The translations under genes and the position numbers were made by a program. A DNA stretch of 32,191 nt from Ginkgo biloba (Eukaryota; Plantae; Ginkgophyta), in contig JANKJI020000002.1 of the NCBI GenBank assembly GCA_024626585.2, positions 229,933,565 to 229,965,755 of the forward strand, read 5' to 3'. Below the pieces are notes generated by a model, which ran no database searches, was not told where the DNA came from, and was given only the letters and a program-made list of their open reading frames with translations. Within the stretch, counting starts at the first letter, position 1. Each line of letters starts with the position of its first letter. This document shows, in pieces, positions 1-10,316 of this stretch.

Positions 1-448
1 AGATGGAGTATTGTAATTTGTAAGTTTAATTTGAAATTTATCTAATATTTTGAATTTATATATATATATAGTCATCCCCATGTACTAACATATCCAAGTT
101 TCTTGGGTACCCAAACTGCGGACGCGCTCTCGTCCCTTGCATTCCCCCATCCCCAAGCACCCATACAACCTTGGTTTTTTTCCAAGAATTAGGGTTTTCG
201 ACTATCATTGATGTGAGAGAAGGTTTCTAAGTCAAAACTGAAAGCAAATAGAACTAAAACTTGGGTGTTTGCATCTAATAAACTCTTACTGCTTTGATGC
301 TAAAGTCAAATATTGAAGTGGCTCTAACTTTATAGCTAAATAGGAGAAAAAAATAACATGGTAGTTAGTTGGAACACATGATGTGAAATAACTGAAATAA
401 CCAATAGATTACTACTATTGTACTAGTTACACTACAACACAACTCCTC

Positions 449-3400
449 TTTTGTTTTTTGAAAATAGCTTGTATTAACAAAAAAAGAGATGTCAATACAT
501 TAAGAGGAGAACCCCTTATGATACAAAATGAGAAGACATTCCCAAACATAACAATACAAATAGATATACTACTTATGAGTAGAGAGAGAGACTCAAATAC
601 AAATGGAAAGCTTTGACTAGATACATTGAGATACAAAGTATGTGATCCAAAATATAGAGAGTTGATACAAGTTGAGCAGATCATTAGAAAAAAGTAAAAT
701 AGACAGGCATAAATCATTCTATTTTATCCAATAAGGTTACTCCACATTTGGAAAGACCTTCATCTTTTCTGACCCTAGCTGCTGCTGTCAAAGAACTCAT
801 CAACACCGTATAGTCATTAATGCACTTATCAAGGAAGTCCTAGATTTCCTTCAACTTGTTAAGCATAAGTTCAACCTCTTTTTGCATTCAATCACATCAT
901 TAGTAACAAGACCATAAGGGAGGGGATCGACATTCACCAAAAAAAAGTCTCTAGACTCAACCTCATCCTGCCATCATCCACCAAAATCTAGTAGAGTGCC
1001 ATCATCCTGCACCTCACTAAGAGAGTCAATTTGGCCTTGGTCACTACATTTCTAAACTGTACCATTTGCTTTATTGTCAATGGAAGTTGGCCAACTTGAA
1101 GTAAATTTAGGAGGAGAAGCTGGCTTGGGGTCCTCCCAACCATGGACATGAATTGGAGATTGATCTCTGGTAGGTTATCTTTTGGAAATCATCCTGCCTC
1201 TATAAAATTTATCCCTAGTTCTGGGTCTAGATCCAAAACCTCCAATACATAAACCACCAAAAGGACTACCCTTTCATAGTACAAAGAGTACTAGTATGAT
1301 AGTTCTTGTCAGAAAAAACTACTTCACATCTCGCTTTACAAATGGCAAACAAAATTTCTCCTCTCAACATGGTCGAGACTTCCTGCATTCATTCATCTCT
1401 GACACTTATTCCTCCTATTAACTCCATTAAGCCTAATTTTGTTTGTAACAAGTTTTCTATAGTAGGTAGAAACATATTCTAACATTTTGTGGCAAAAGAA
1501 GAGTGCTAGATTAAATGGGACAAAGATTCAACCTATCCACACACACCACATTTATAATCTATGTCACTATGTTTCTTTAATCTTTCCTTAACCTAGACTT
1601 TATCCAACATACACTGCCACAAGAAGAATTTCTTCTTAGGTTCAAGGCAAGAAGATGAAAGCCTATGAAATGTTGAAGACCATTTCTCAAGGCACCAATT
1701 AAAGTTCCATCTTTTCTCAGTATTTTCAAGAATTTTAGGATTATGGTTAAGTAAAGAATAGATTTAACAAACGTGGACTTTCTTTAAATCTTTACCATTA
1801 GTCCATTGCTAATCCAACCACCATTAGTCTCAATTAGCATGCATCATGGAGTCCTTCATACATTCAAATTTGCAAAGAAGTCTATCAAACAAAACTTTTT
1901 CATTATTTTTAAGAGTAAATTCTTCTTTAAATTGGTCCCAACTTTTCCAATCTTTGAGCTACATTTCCCAAAGATCCAAAAGAATCCTTACACCCTTTTT
2001 GTTCCACCCCAAAGAAGGAAACCAATTATTATAAACAAGATAGTTGCAATGTCCCATCTCATTCCACCACATTGATCGGAAAACTAAAGAAGAGCCCAAT
2101 CTCTAGTACTCTGATTTAGGATATAAAAGATGAGTTGCTTCCTGCCAACTCCACCAAATCGATTGAAACATCTAGGAACCCTTAACTTTATAGGGTCCTT
2201 ACACAAATAGGCATTTGCAAAGGACAAACCCTTCCAAGAGACCTTATCCTTCAGGTGACCCCCTTCAACATTTTGTCCCACAAACTACTTCCAAGGTTCA
2301 TCACCTCCGATAGCCTTAAGTATCCACTTGGAAGCTAAGGCTTGCCCATGTAGAACAATATTTTACAAACCCATGCCACTCTCACTTCTTTCTAAGTAGC
2401 AAGTCTCCCAATTAATAACATGAGATTTTCAACCTCCTCTTCCATTTGACCATAGAAAATCCCGAACAATCTTCTCCAAAGACCAAGGAGATGCATAATA
2501 AATACTAAAGTTAGGGAGGACTTTAGAGCACACTTCAAACCTACTAGAAAGAGAAAGTAGTCTATTGTTCCATTCATTTAACTTTTTTTTTTCAATCTTC
2601 TCCGTTGTACCCATTCGCACATTTGGTGGCCTAAAGAAACATCTAGATTAAATGGGATACCAAGAAATCTCAACAATTTGTGTCTTTCTAACCATCTCTA
2701 GTGAAATTGTGAGGACCATTCTTCTCCTTTTTACTTCCATAATAGAAGGGCCATTGTCTTTATCTTTGCTCCAGAAGCAAGACAAAAGATGTCTAATTGT
2801 TTAAAAGCATTGCGCACATGACCAATATTTTCTTTTAAATATAGAGTGGAGTTATCCACAAAGTGATTATTCAACAAGTCATTACCATTAGGAAAAGTGA
2901 TTCCTTGAATGCGAGGAATTGAGCAATCTCTCAATAGATAACTAATACAATCGGTTGCTAGAACAAATAGGGATGAGGCCACAGACCATTGTAGCTCTAT
3001 CCCTTTAGAGACTTGACCATTAACGTTGAGTTTTGCAGAGGCTCCTTTTAGAAGAACTAAACAAATCTATAAAATTTGTCTCCAAACCCCAACATTCTAA
3101 GCATACAATCTACAAAGTCCCACTTAATTTTTTCATATGCCTTTTCAAAGTCTAACATAATAATGACTATCTTTTGGTTGGACCTTTGTGCCCAATCCAT
3201 TCCTTCCCAAGCATTCAACAAATTTTCTAGAATATATCGGCCCTTTATAAAGCCTGCTTGTTCCTTAGAAACCAATTCAATAAAAACAAAAGCAACCCTC
3301 TTAGGTAGAACTTTAGCTAAAATTTTAAACCCAACATTTAGAAGGGTATTTGATGAGGCCTCCACTTTTTCACCAATTCCTTATCTCCATCCTTGGGAAT

Positions 3401-4800
3401 TAATTTGATGAGGCCTAGATTAAGCCATTCCCCTAAATTCCCCAGATTAAAGGCTTGTTTCTTCATATACCTTCAAAAGATTATCACCCATTAAATCCCA
3501 AAACTCTTTATAAAATTCCACATATAGGCTATCTATACCTAGAGATTTATCATTCTTCATCGACCTCACAATTTCATGGAGTTCTTCCTTTGTCAAGGAT
3601 CTATCTAACATAATTCTTTGACTATGCTTCAATTTCATCGGAACAAAAAACATACAATTAAGGAGAGCTTCTTCTCTATTTTCATAAACTCCTTCAAATC
3701 TAAACATATTACCATAAAAGGATTTAAAGACTCCCATTATGCTATCATGTTCAGTTACTTGATTATCTCTACCCTTAATAGCATCAATTTTAGATTTGGC
3801 CTAGTTACCTTTTAGAATATTAAAGAAACATTTAGAGCCTTTATCTCCTTATTTAATCCAATTAACCATACTTCTTAATCTTATTCCCTAATCAATATAG
3901 CTCTCATATCTTTTAATTTCATGTTTAAGCTCTGAAAGGTTCTTTTGCTTTTCTTCATTAAAGGGGTCTTCTTCCAAAAGTTTGGCTACCTTTACTAATT
4001 GAGCTTCACTGAAATGATGTCTTGTCATCCTAATATTGGCAACTTCTTTACCAAAAAATCTTAAGAAACAACAATTGCATTGACAACATTCTCCCACCAA
4101 TTTATCCAACGAGATTTACCATAGGGCTTAGGGAAGAAAGTCCACAATATTCGAACCTCTTCCTGACAAGTGTATTTTTTTATCAGGGAAGAGTTCAACT
4201 TAAATAAGCATTGATTGATACAAGTTTTCTTCTCACATTCCTATAAAACTGCCACAATTGAGAAATGGTCAGAAACCACAATAGGCTTAACAGAAATTGA
4301 CTTATCCCTAAATGAACCATCAACTGGAATCATGAATCTATATAGTCTTAACAAGATACATTTCCTCCTAGCTTGTTGGTTAGACCAAGTAAACTTAGAA
4401 GAGGAAAAATCAAGTTTATATAGAGGATCAACAATTCCAATCCTTTGTTTCATTTTGAACCAAACCCCTCTTTCTTCCACTTTCCAAGCAAACAAAGGGT
4501 CACCTTTCATGTCTCTAGGGTTCTCTATGATATTAAAGTCATCACAAAAAATCCAAGCAATATCATCTAGATTATTAGCTAGCCAATCCCACAATAACTT
4601 CCTTTCTTCTGGAAAATTAGAAGCATAAATGGAGGCTACTCTAAAAATTCCAAGACAACTTTTGAACAAGGACCAAACTCCCCTATTACAAAGATTGAAC
4701 CCATTACTAATTTCCTATAATCCTAGATCACTCTGTATCAACAAGGAATCACTACCCCTTCCTTTTGGGTGATTCGTGAACAGGGTTTTAAATGCAGTGC
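449..4800 (-). mobile_element. Degenerate L1-clade LINE retrotransposon, 5'-truncated (ORF2, 3' UTR, short A-tail)
   Basis: Minus-strand ORF2 fragments lie in canonical order: endonuclease, RT, zf-RVT. A T-rich 3' UTR ends TTAATACAAGCTATTTTC-AAAAAACAAAA at 459..449, resembling a plant L1 3' end. Confidence 0.85.
1290..4800 (-). pseudogene. LINE ORF2 (APE endonuclease, reverse transcriptase, zf-RVT) with many stops and frameshifts
   Basis: APE: TNHPKGRG, ASIYASN, WIFCDDFNIIE, FTWSN, SDHFSI. Linker: NWIK*GDKGSKCFF. RT: KSLGIDSLYVEFYKEFW, EQAGFIKGRYILEN, LDFEKAYEKIKWDF, HFVDN (FADD-equivalent), RYLGIP. C-terminus: VRDFLW, KFFLWQC..CGVCG*VES (zf-RVT), ICKARCEVVF. Confidence 0.92.
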
Positions 4801-4815
4801 CCTAGTACCAACTCC

Positions 4816-4825
4816 CTTGATACCA
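4816..4825 (-). promoter_or_regulatory. tRNA-iMet primer-binding site (partial)
   Basis: Minus strand reads ...TGTCA-TT-TGGTATCAAG: an LTR end followed by 8 nt matching TGGTATCAGAGC. Confidence 0.55.
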
Positions 4826-4827
4826 AA

Positions 4828-5905
4828 TGACATTGCATCTCAGGTCCCAGGCATCCTGAGTTCTCTCTTTGCTTTCTCTCAACAGGGCGAGTTGAATTCT
4901 TAACCCATAGTAATCAATCGATAGTCACTCAAACATAGAGCATGTCTACACACATTCGCAAGAGGAGGGAATAAGAATAAGATGCTTTACTTTTAGGTGA
5001 CAAGTCTTTACTTACAACCGACCCACTAGCCTATTCACAGGATTATAGAGAATTGTTCCCCACAGGGGTTAGGTTCTAAGATCGGGTGCTTATCTTGACC
5101 AAAGCTCTCTTCTTGGAGCGCTTATAAGACTTACACCATGGCTCAATGCCTTGAGCTGTGTAGGTTAAACTTCTCTTTCTGTGCACCAATGCTTTACTCA
5201 CATCTGCAACCCCTTACTTCTCCCTAGGTGCACTCTCCCCTCTCTCTGTCCTTCTTCTTTTCCTCTTTCCTTCTTGCAATCGCCGCTACCTCTCTTCCAC
5301 AATTTCTCCCCTTCCTACTCTTCCAAATTTCCTTCTCTTTTTTCCTCCTAACTTCCTCCTTCCTCTCTTCCCTAATTGTTCCTTTCGTGGTGTCAAAACC
5401 CTTCGTGGTGTAATTGTTCCTTCTGGAGGTTGAGTCATTGAGATCTTCATTTAATTTTCGCCTACCATCCTCGAGCCTCGCGTTCTCCTACTTCTAGAAT
5501 ATTTTCTTCAAGGGGCACGACCACCTACTACCTTTAATGCTCTAGTTCTTTTGACCCTTCTCACCACGACTGTTTGTTTTAACCAAGCCTTTGTCCACCG
5601 TCGTTGGCCCCCCTTGCTATCGGTGCTCCTATCGCTATGGTTCACTATCACTGCCTTGTCGGTGTCACCATTGCTCTTTGTCATCGTCGTTGGTCCTTTG
5701 TCTTTCGGCCTTTGACTATTGCCATTGTCAGTCTCCCGACTGTTGGCTCTCATTCGGTGTCGATGTCGATAATCATTGTCGGTCCCTCTCTTGTGAACCT
5801 TTTCGTAGTCTATTAAGACCTATTCTGTAGTCGTGCCTCGTTTATCGATGTCGACTCTTCAAAAATCTTGACAAAAACCAAACATTCATTGATTCTTCTA
5901 TATCA
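4828..5905 (-). repeat. LTR (~1.08 kb) of a CRM-like chromovirus
   Basis: Begins TGATA immediately after the PPT CCGGGGAGGA and ends TGTCA. TGATG...CATCA termini with a GGGGAGGA PPT are typical of CRM elements. Confidence 0.7.
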
Positions 5906-5915
5906 TCCTCCCCGG
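5906..5915 (-). promoter_or_regulatory. Polypurine tract of the chromovirus
   Basis: CCGGGGAGGA lies ~30 nt after the pol stop codon and abuts TGATA. Confidence 0.7.
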
Positions 5916-5945
5916 GTACAAAATTTACATAATCCCCTACTCATG

Positions 5946-6920
5946 CTACTCCTCAAAATTCCTCCATTTCCCTTCATCCACTTTTCTAAGCTCCTCCTCA
6001 GCAATCCACATGCGTTCCTCTGGCGGTAACCCTTTCCACTTCACCAAATACTTGTGTGGCTACCTCCTCTCGTCACTAACACCTTCCGGTCCAACACTTC
6101 ATTGACTTCCTCTTTTTTCTTCCTTGGCACATGTTATCACCAATCGTCCACTTCCTCTTTGGATTCCTCATCTCCTCCTTGATACCTAAACAAGTCGACG
6201 ATATTGAATGCAAGTGAAATGTCATACTCTGCAAGCAAATCCACCAAATAGGCATTTTTCTTGATTTTCTTGACAATCCAACACAGTCCAATTTTCTTGT
6301 ACTTCATCATCATCGAAAACATGTACTTCCATCAATACGCCATGACCAAAGCTCCAACTTTGAACTCTTTATGTCGGTGGGACCGATCCATTGTTGCTTT
6401 GTATTTGTTGTTGCTCTTCGCGAGTTGTTGCTTTACTTCTTCATGGACTTGCTTTAACTGCTTCACCAATGCTTCGACGTCGTCGTTGACTTGTCAGTCG
6501 CTTGAAAGCTCCACCAAGACCACCACTATCTTTGGTATCCTCCCATACACAATCTGAAACGACAACAAACCTGTCAATCTATTCACAGAACTATTGTATG
6601 CGAACTCTGATTGTGCCAAAACCAAGCACCAATGTTTGGGTCTACTCATTGCCAAGCTTCGCAACAAATTTCCCAACGACCGGTTCACCACTTCCATCTG
6701 TTGTCGGTCAGCAAATGATATGCATTGTTGTACTACCACTTGGTGTCTGTCTTCCTCCACAACACCTGCCAAAAATGACTCAAGAATTTGTTCTATTTGT
6801 CGGAGGTAATGCTCTTCGACAATCCATTCAATCGCGCTTCCTGAAAAAATAAGTTTGTCGTCCTACTGGCATCGTTTGTCTTCTTGCATGGAATGATCTT
6901 CGAGAACCAATCAATGATAA
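5946..6920 (-). pseudogene. Ty3/gypsy (CRM-like) integrase core, C-terminus and chromodomain
   Basis: EVVNRSLGNLLRSL..HWCLVLAQSEFAYNSSVNRLTG..FQIVYG, then NAYLVDLLAEYDISLAFNIVDL. Chromodomain EVLDRKV..HKYLVKWKGLPPEERMWIAEEEL, with TAG at 5948..5946. Several stops and frameshifts; runs into an N gap. Confidence 0.92.
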
Positions 6921-7020
6921 NNNNNNNNNNNNNNNNNNNNNNNNNNNNNNNNNNNNNNNNNNNNNNNNNNNNNNNNNNNNNNNNNNNNNNNNNNNNNNNN
7001 NNNNNNNNNNNNNNNNNNNN

Positions 7021-9644
7021 TTGATCTCCTCCTTTGCTTGCTGCCTTCTAAGAGTTTCCAATACTGCTTCGGCATTCATGGCAACTTTCCTTTTGGCTTA
7101 TGCTTCCTTGGCCGCTTGTTCTAACGTCTCTTTGGCTTTTACAAACCCCTCTTCTTCGATTTTTGGGTTAGGAAAGTCAGAGTCATCTGTTCGTGGCTTC
7201 ATCTCCTTCCCAGATCTTATGCAAATGTTAATTTTTGGATTGTCCTGCGTCCGTCCACAAAGGTTGGTAGGTTTCAGCTTCGGACAATCTTTTGTGTCGT
7301 GATCACCAGGCCCGCATTCACGACATACATGTTTTCGGGTGCCTGGTTCGGGGCAATGGTCCTCGTCATGCCCCCACTTTGTGCGCTTCAAGCATGGTAT
7401 TAGGGGTAACTCACTGCTGTCGATGCCCTGGTAATTAGCGTTCTTTCCCTTCTTCTTCCGATACACGTCTTTTTTCATCTTATTTTCTGGAAGTGACCAA
7501 CAGTCTTCAGAGTCATGGGTGTTTTTATCACAGTGCTTGCACCATTTTTTACTCTTCCCCTTCGTTTTAGTATTCGTATTCTATTTCTCACCAGTTGTTT
7601 GGTTGACGTGGATCTTTACCTTCTCGATTTCTTCCATTAGCTTTGTGATTTCATCATCCTTCGATTTCTCTTTGGATTTCAAAGTTTCGGCTTTGTCATC
7701 CTTTCTGACATTCCAACAGGAAGTGTCTCCGCCTACGGCATATTTTCTTGACTCGTTCCTTTGCAATTCGACTTGGTCCTCGTATGCGAATGCTAGATCC
7801 CGGACTTGCTCGTAATTTTGCATTGGAAGCAATCTGCCTCTTTCCTGATACATGGGTAATAACCCTTCAGTGAAGTAGTTCATTAGTGCGACTCTTCCAA
7901 CGACATTCTCTCCTTGGAGCTTTGCGACTAACACTTGTAGTCTTCCATTGTAGTTGCGTATCATCTTGTTGGGTTCTTGCCGGATTTCATGTAAAGCCTT
8001 GTAAATTGTTGATGGGTTATGCAAAATCTGGAAACGATCTAGGAACAACTTTCTTACTCTCCACCATGGCTCATTTTGTACGCATTCAAACCATTGTAGG
8101 GCGATTCCACGAAGGGTTGAGAACAATTTCCTTTTTATCATGTTATCGACTAGGATTCTGTACTGCTGGATGTAGTTTTGGAACAAGGCCAAGTGCTCCG
8201 ATAGATCCTTATGCCCTTTGTACTTCAACTAGTTAATGGAGTTGTTGGATATATTAATGGGTGGCATTCCCCAGTTTGGCATTTAATTGCCTCCCCAAAA
8301 GTTGCCCCCATTTATAGGTCTAGGGTTTCCTCCATTTCCTCCGTTAGGTTTGTTGAATGGGTTTGGAGGGTTGGTGGCTCCCCAATTATTGTTAAGTCCA
8401 CCATTCCCTGTCTAGTTATTTTGTGGTAGGTTCCCTCCCCAAGTACTATTTTGGTTAGGGTTGCTCCCCAAGTTGTTATATTAGGGTTGACTAGCTCCAC
8501 AATTATAGCTATGGGTTGGGTTGCCCCCCCAATTAGTATTCTCAGGTGAGTTACCTCCCCAGTTCTGGTTCGGAGTTGGGTTATCCCCCTAATTTTGGTT
8601 TGGGTTTTGATTCGGGTTACCTCCCTAGTAATTGTTTTGCGTTGGGTTTCCCCCCCAATTGGTATTTTGGTTTCCTCCCCAATTGTTGTTTTGGGAGAGG
8701 TTACCTGAGAAAGGATTGCCCCCATTATAGGAAGTGTTAGGAAACTGATTGGTTGGGTTTACGTTTGGCATTGGCCCATTTCCATAAGTTCCCAAGTTAT
8801 TATTCCAACCGGTGTTTGGGTAGGTCTGGCCTTGGTTGAAGGAATTGGCATTTCCCATGATATTGGTGTTTGGAAAGTTGGTGTTGGGACCAGAGCAAGG
8901 TTGACCTCCCAGGTTGGGTGCCCCCATTTGGGAACTGAAGTTGGGTGCAGGATTCCCGCAGAAAGGGTTTTGGTTGCCCCCATTTGGGGACATTGAGGTA
9001 TTCGGTCCCAAGTTAGGAGTATGGGTACCCCAGGTAGTGTTGGTAGGTACTTGTCTGGATGGACAAGTTTGGAATCCTTGATTTTGGGAGAAACTGGGTT
9101 GTGCATTAGCTGGAAATCCTTGGTTGTTATTTGTTGGCTACTGATGTGCATAAGGGCCACAATTCGTGAATGGATTCATATTGTTGGTGTTTTGCTTATG
9201 CTGCAACTCATCCTGGTTGTTCTCGACTTGTTTCAGGGTGCCCATTGGTTGTGGGGGTCTAGAGCTTTCCAAGTGCCAGTTGGACGCCATCTTGCTTCCT
9301 CTTTTGAATAAGGGATTTCTGTGCACGCTCACAGGTTCCTTAGTTCTTTGGCGAAACTCACTAGAATCAGATGTCTCAGAGAACTCCTCCGTGGTGTTAG
9401 TGGACGTTTCCTCTTCTACGATGCAGCGGGGTGGTCCTTCTTTGCCTTCGGTGAGGGTAATTTTTAGAAACTCGCTCATCACAGATTCCAAAATTTCCTC
9501 AAAACTCCTTCTATTTGTAGGGAAGTTGGTGTTTGACTCTCCTGGCAGTTTGGTTGGATCTGGCTTGAGTAGTCGTTTCGTCAACTTTTGAAGGGAATTG
9601 GTGCTGATGTCAAAAACCAAGGGGTCTCCTTTAGCTCGTCCCAT
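7021..9644 (-). pseudogene. Gag polyprotein (~870 codons, one frame, nine in-frame stops): N-terminal region, N/G/P/Q-rich WG-repeat domain, Retrotrans_gag capsid, three CCHC knuckles
   Basis: ORFs 9138..9644, 8625..9011, 7581..8228, 7098..7478 and the 7021..7079 part of 6828..7079 all share one frame. Capsid: KYKGHKDLSEHL..LFSTLRGIALQWF..IRQEPN..YFTEGL. Knuckles at 7541..7500, 7394..7353 (degenerate) and 7325..7284. Confidence 0.88.
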
Positions 9645-10303
9645 TGGTGCATGAGTCTGCCAGGTATAGCTCTAACTGGTGCCTTGAGGTGCCTCTTCAG
9701 TGGATGCCTGTGGAGTTCCCTGGGAGTCTCTTTAGTTTATAGCTTCGACTGGCTCGTGCGTCACGTTTGATACCGTATTACTTTCGCACGTCAGATTGGG
9801 AGATGCCCCCGATGGCCTTGCCTGTGGTTGACAATTCTCCGTCTCTGTAAGAAGGGCAGTGTCTTCATGCACCTTGTCACTGGACTCCGGTTTACAAGAA
9901 AAATTTCTGTCTTCACTTCTATGAGACCCCGCATTTCGAAGGGATGCATCCTTTCGTATCTCGTTTTCGAGGTCGGGTCCGCTCTCCTTGCGTTTATCAT
10001 GTGCGTGGTGCGAGTATGTCTGCGTGGGATCTATGGTCCTAGGCAGTCTCCTGTCGGCCTGGTCCTGTTCCTTCTGCCATTGAGCTATCCTTTTGGCCCT
10101 AGTTTCTGGCTTTTTGTGTAGCTCTTATCCTTTGGGTGGCATTCGGAGACCCCATGGCTGCGGGTGGTTTAGTTATAAACTGCCATCACTTCCGTAGCCA
10201 GGGTCATCGAGATATGAACCATCGCACCCTTTCACGTCATAGCCTTTCGCGCTTGTTCCTCAGTCACTGGACTCGTCCGGGGTTCACTTGCACGCTTGGA
10301 AGA

Positions 10304-10316
10304 GGCAACGGAACCA
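10304..10316 (-). promoter_or_regulatory. Primer-binding site, tRNA-Asp type
   Basis: TGGTTCCGTTGCC matches the Athila-type PBS TGGCGCCGTTGCC at 11/13 positions and sits 2 nt after the terminal CA. Confidence 0.65.

Noticed and set aside
70-175. GC-richer patch resembling a hAT/MITE terminus
   Set aside because: No partner inverted repeat or TSD is visible in the window.
3076-4628. Plus-strand ORFs of 65-137 aa
   Set aside because: Antisense shadows of LINE ORF2 with no independent motifs.
5228-5830. Cys-rich, hydrophobic or basic ORFs
   Set aside because: They lie within the CRM-like LTR and arise from pyrimidine-rich and GTC-repeat composition.
8240-8700. Short repeats with variable spacers (CCTCCCCAA-like) suggesting a CRISPR array
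   Set aside because: The repeats are short, degenerate, codon-phased WGGN units inside a eukaryotic gag frame. There are no fixed 23-50 nt repeats and no cas genes.
7519-9591. Plus-strand and alternate-frame ORFs (e.g. 8312..8725, 8759..9160, 9166..9591)
   Set aside because: Shadows of the low-complexity gag frame; no domain evidence.
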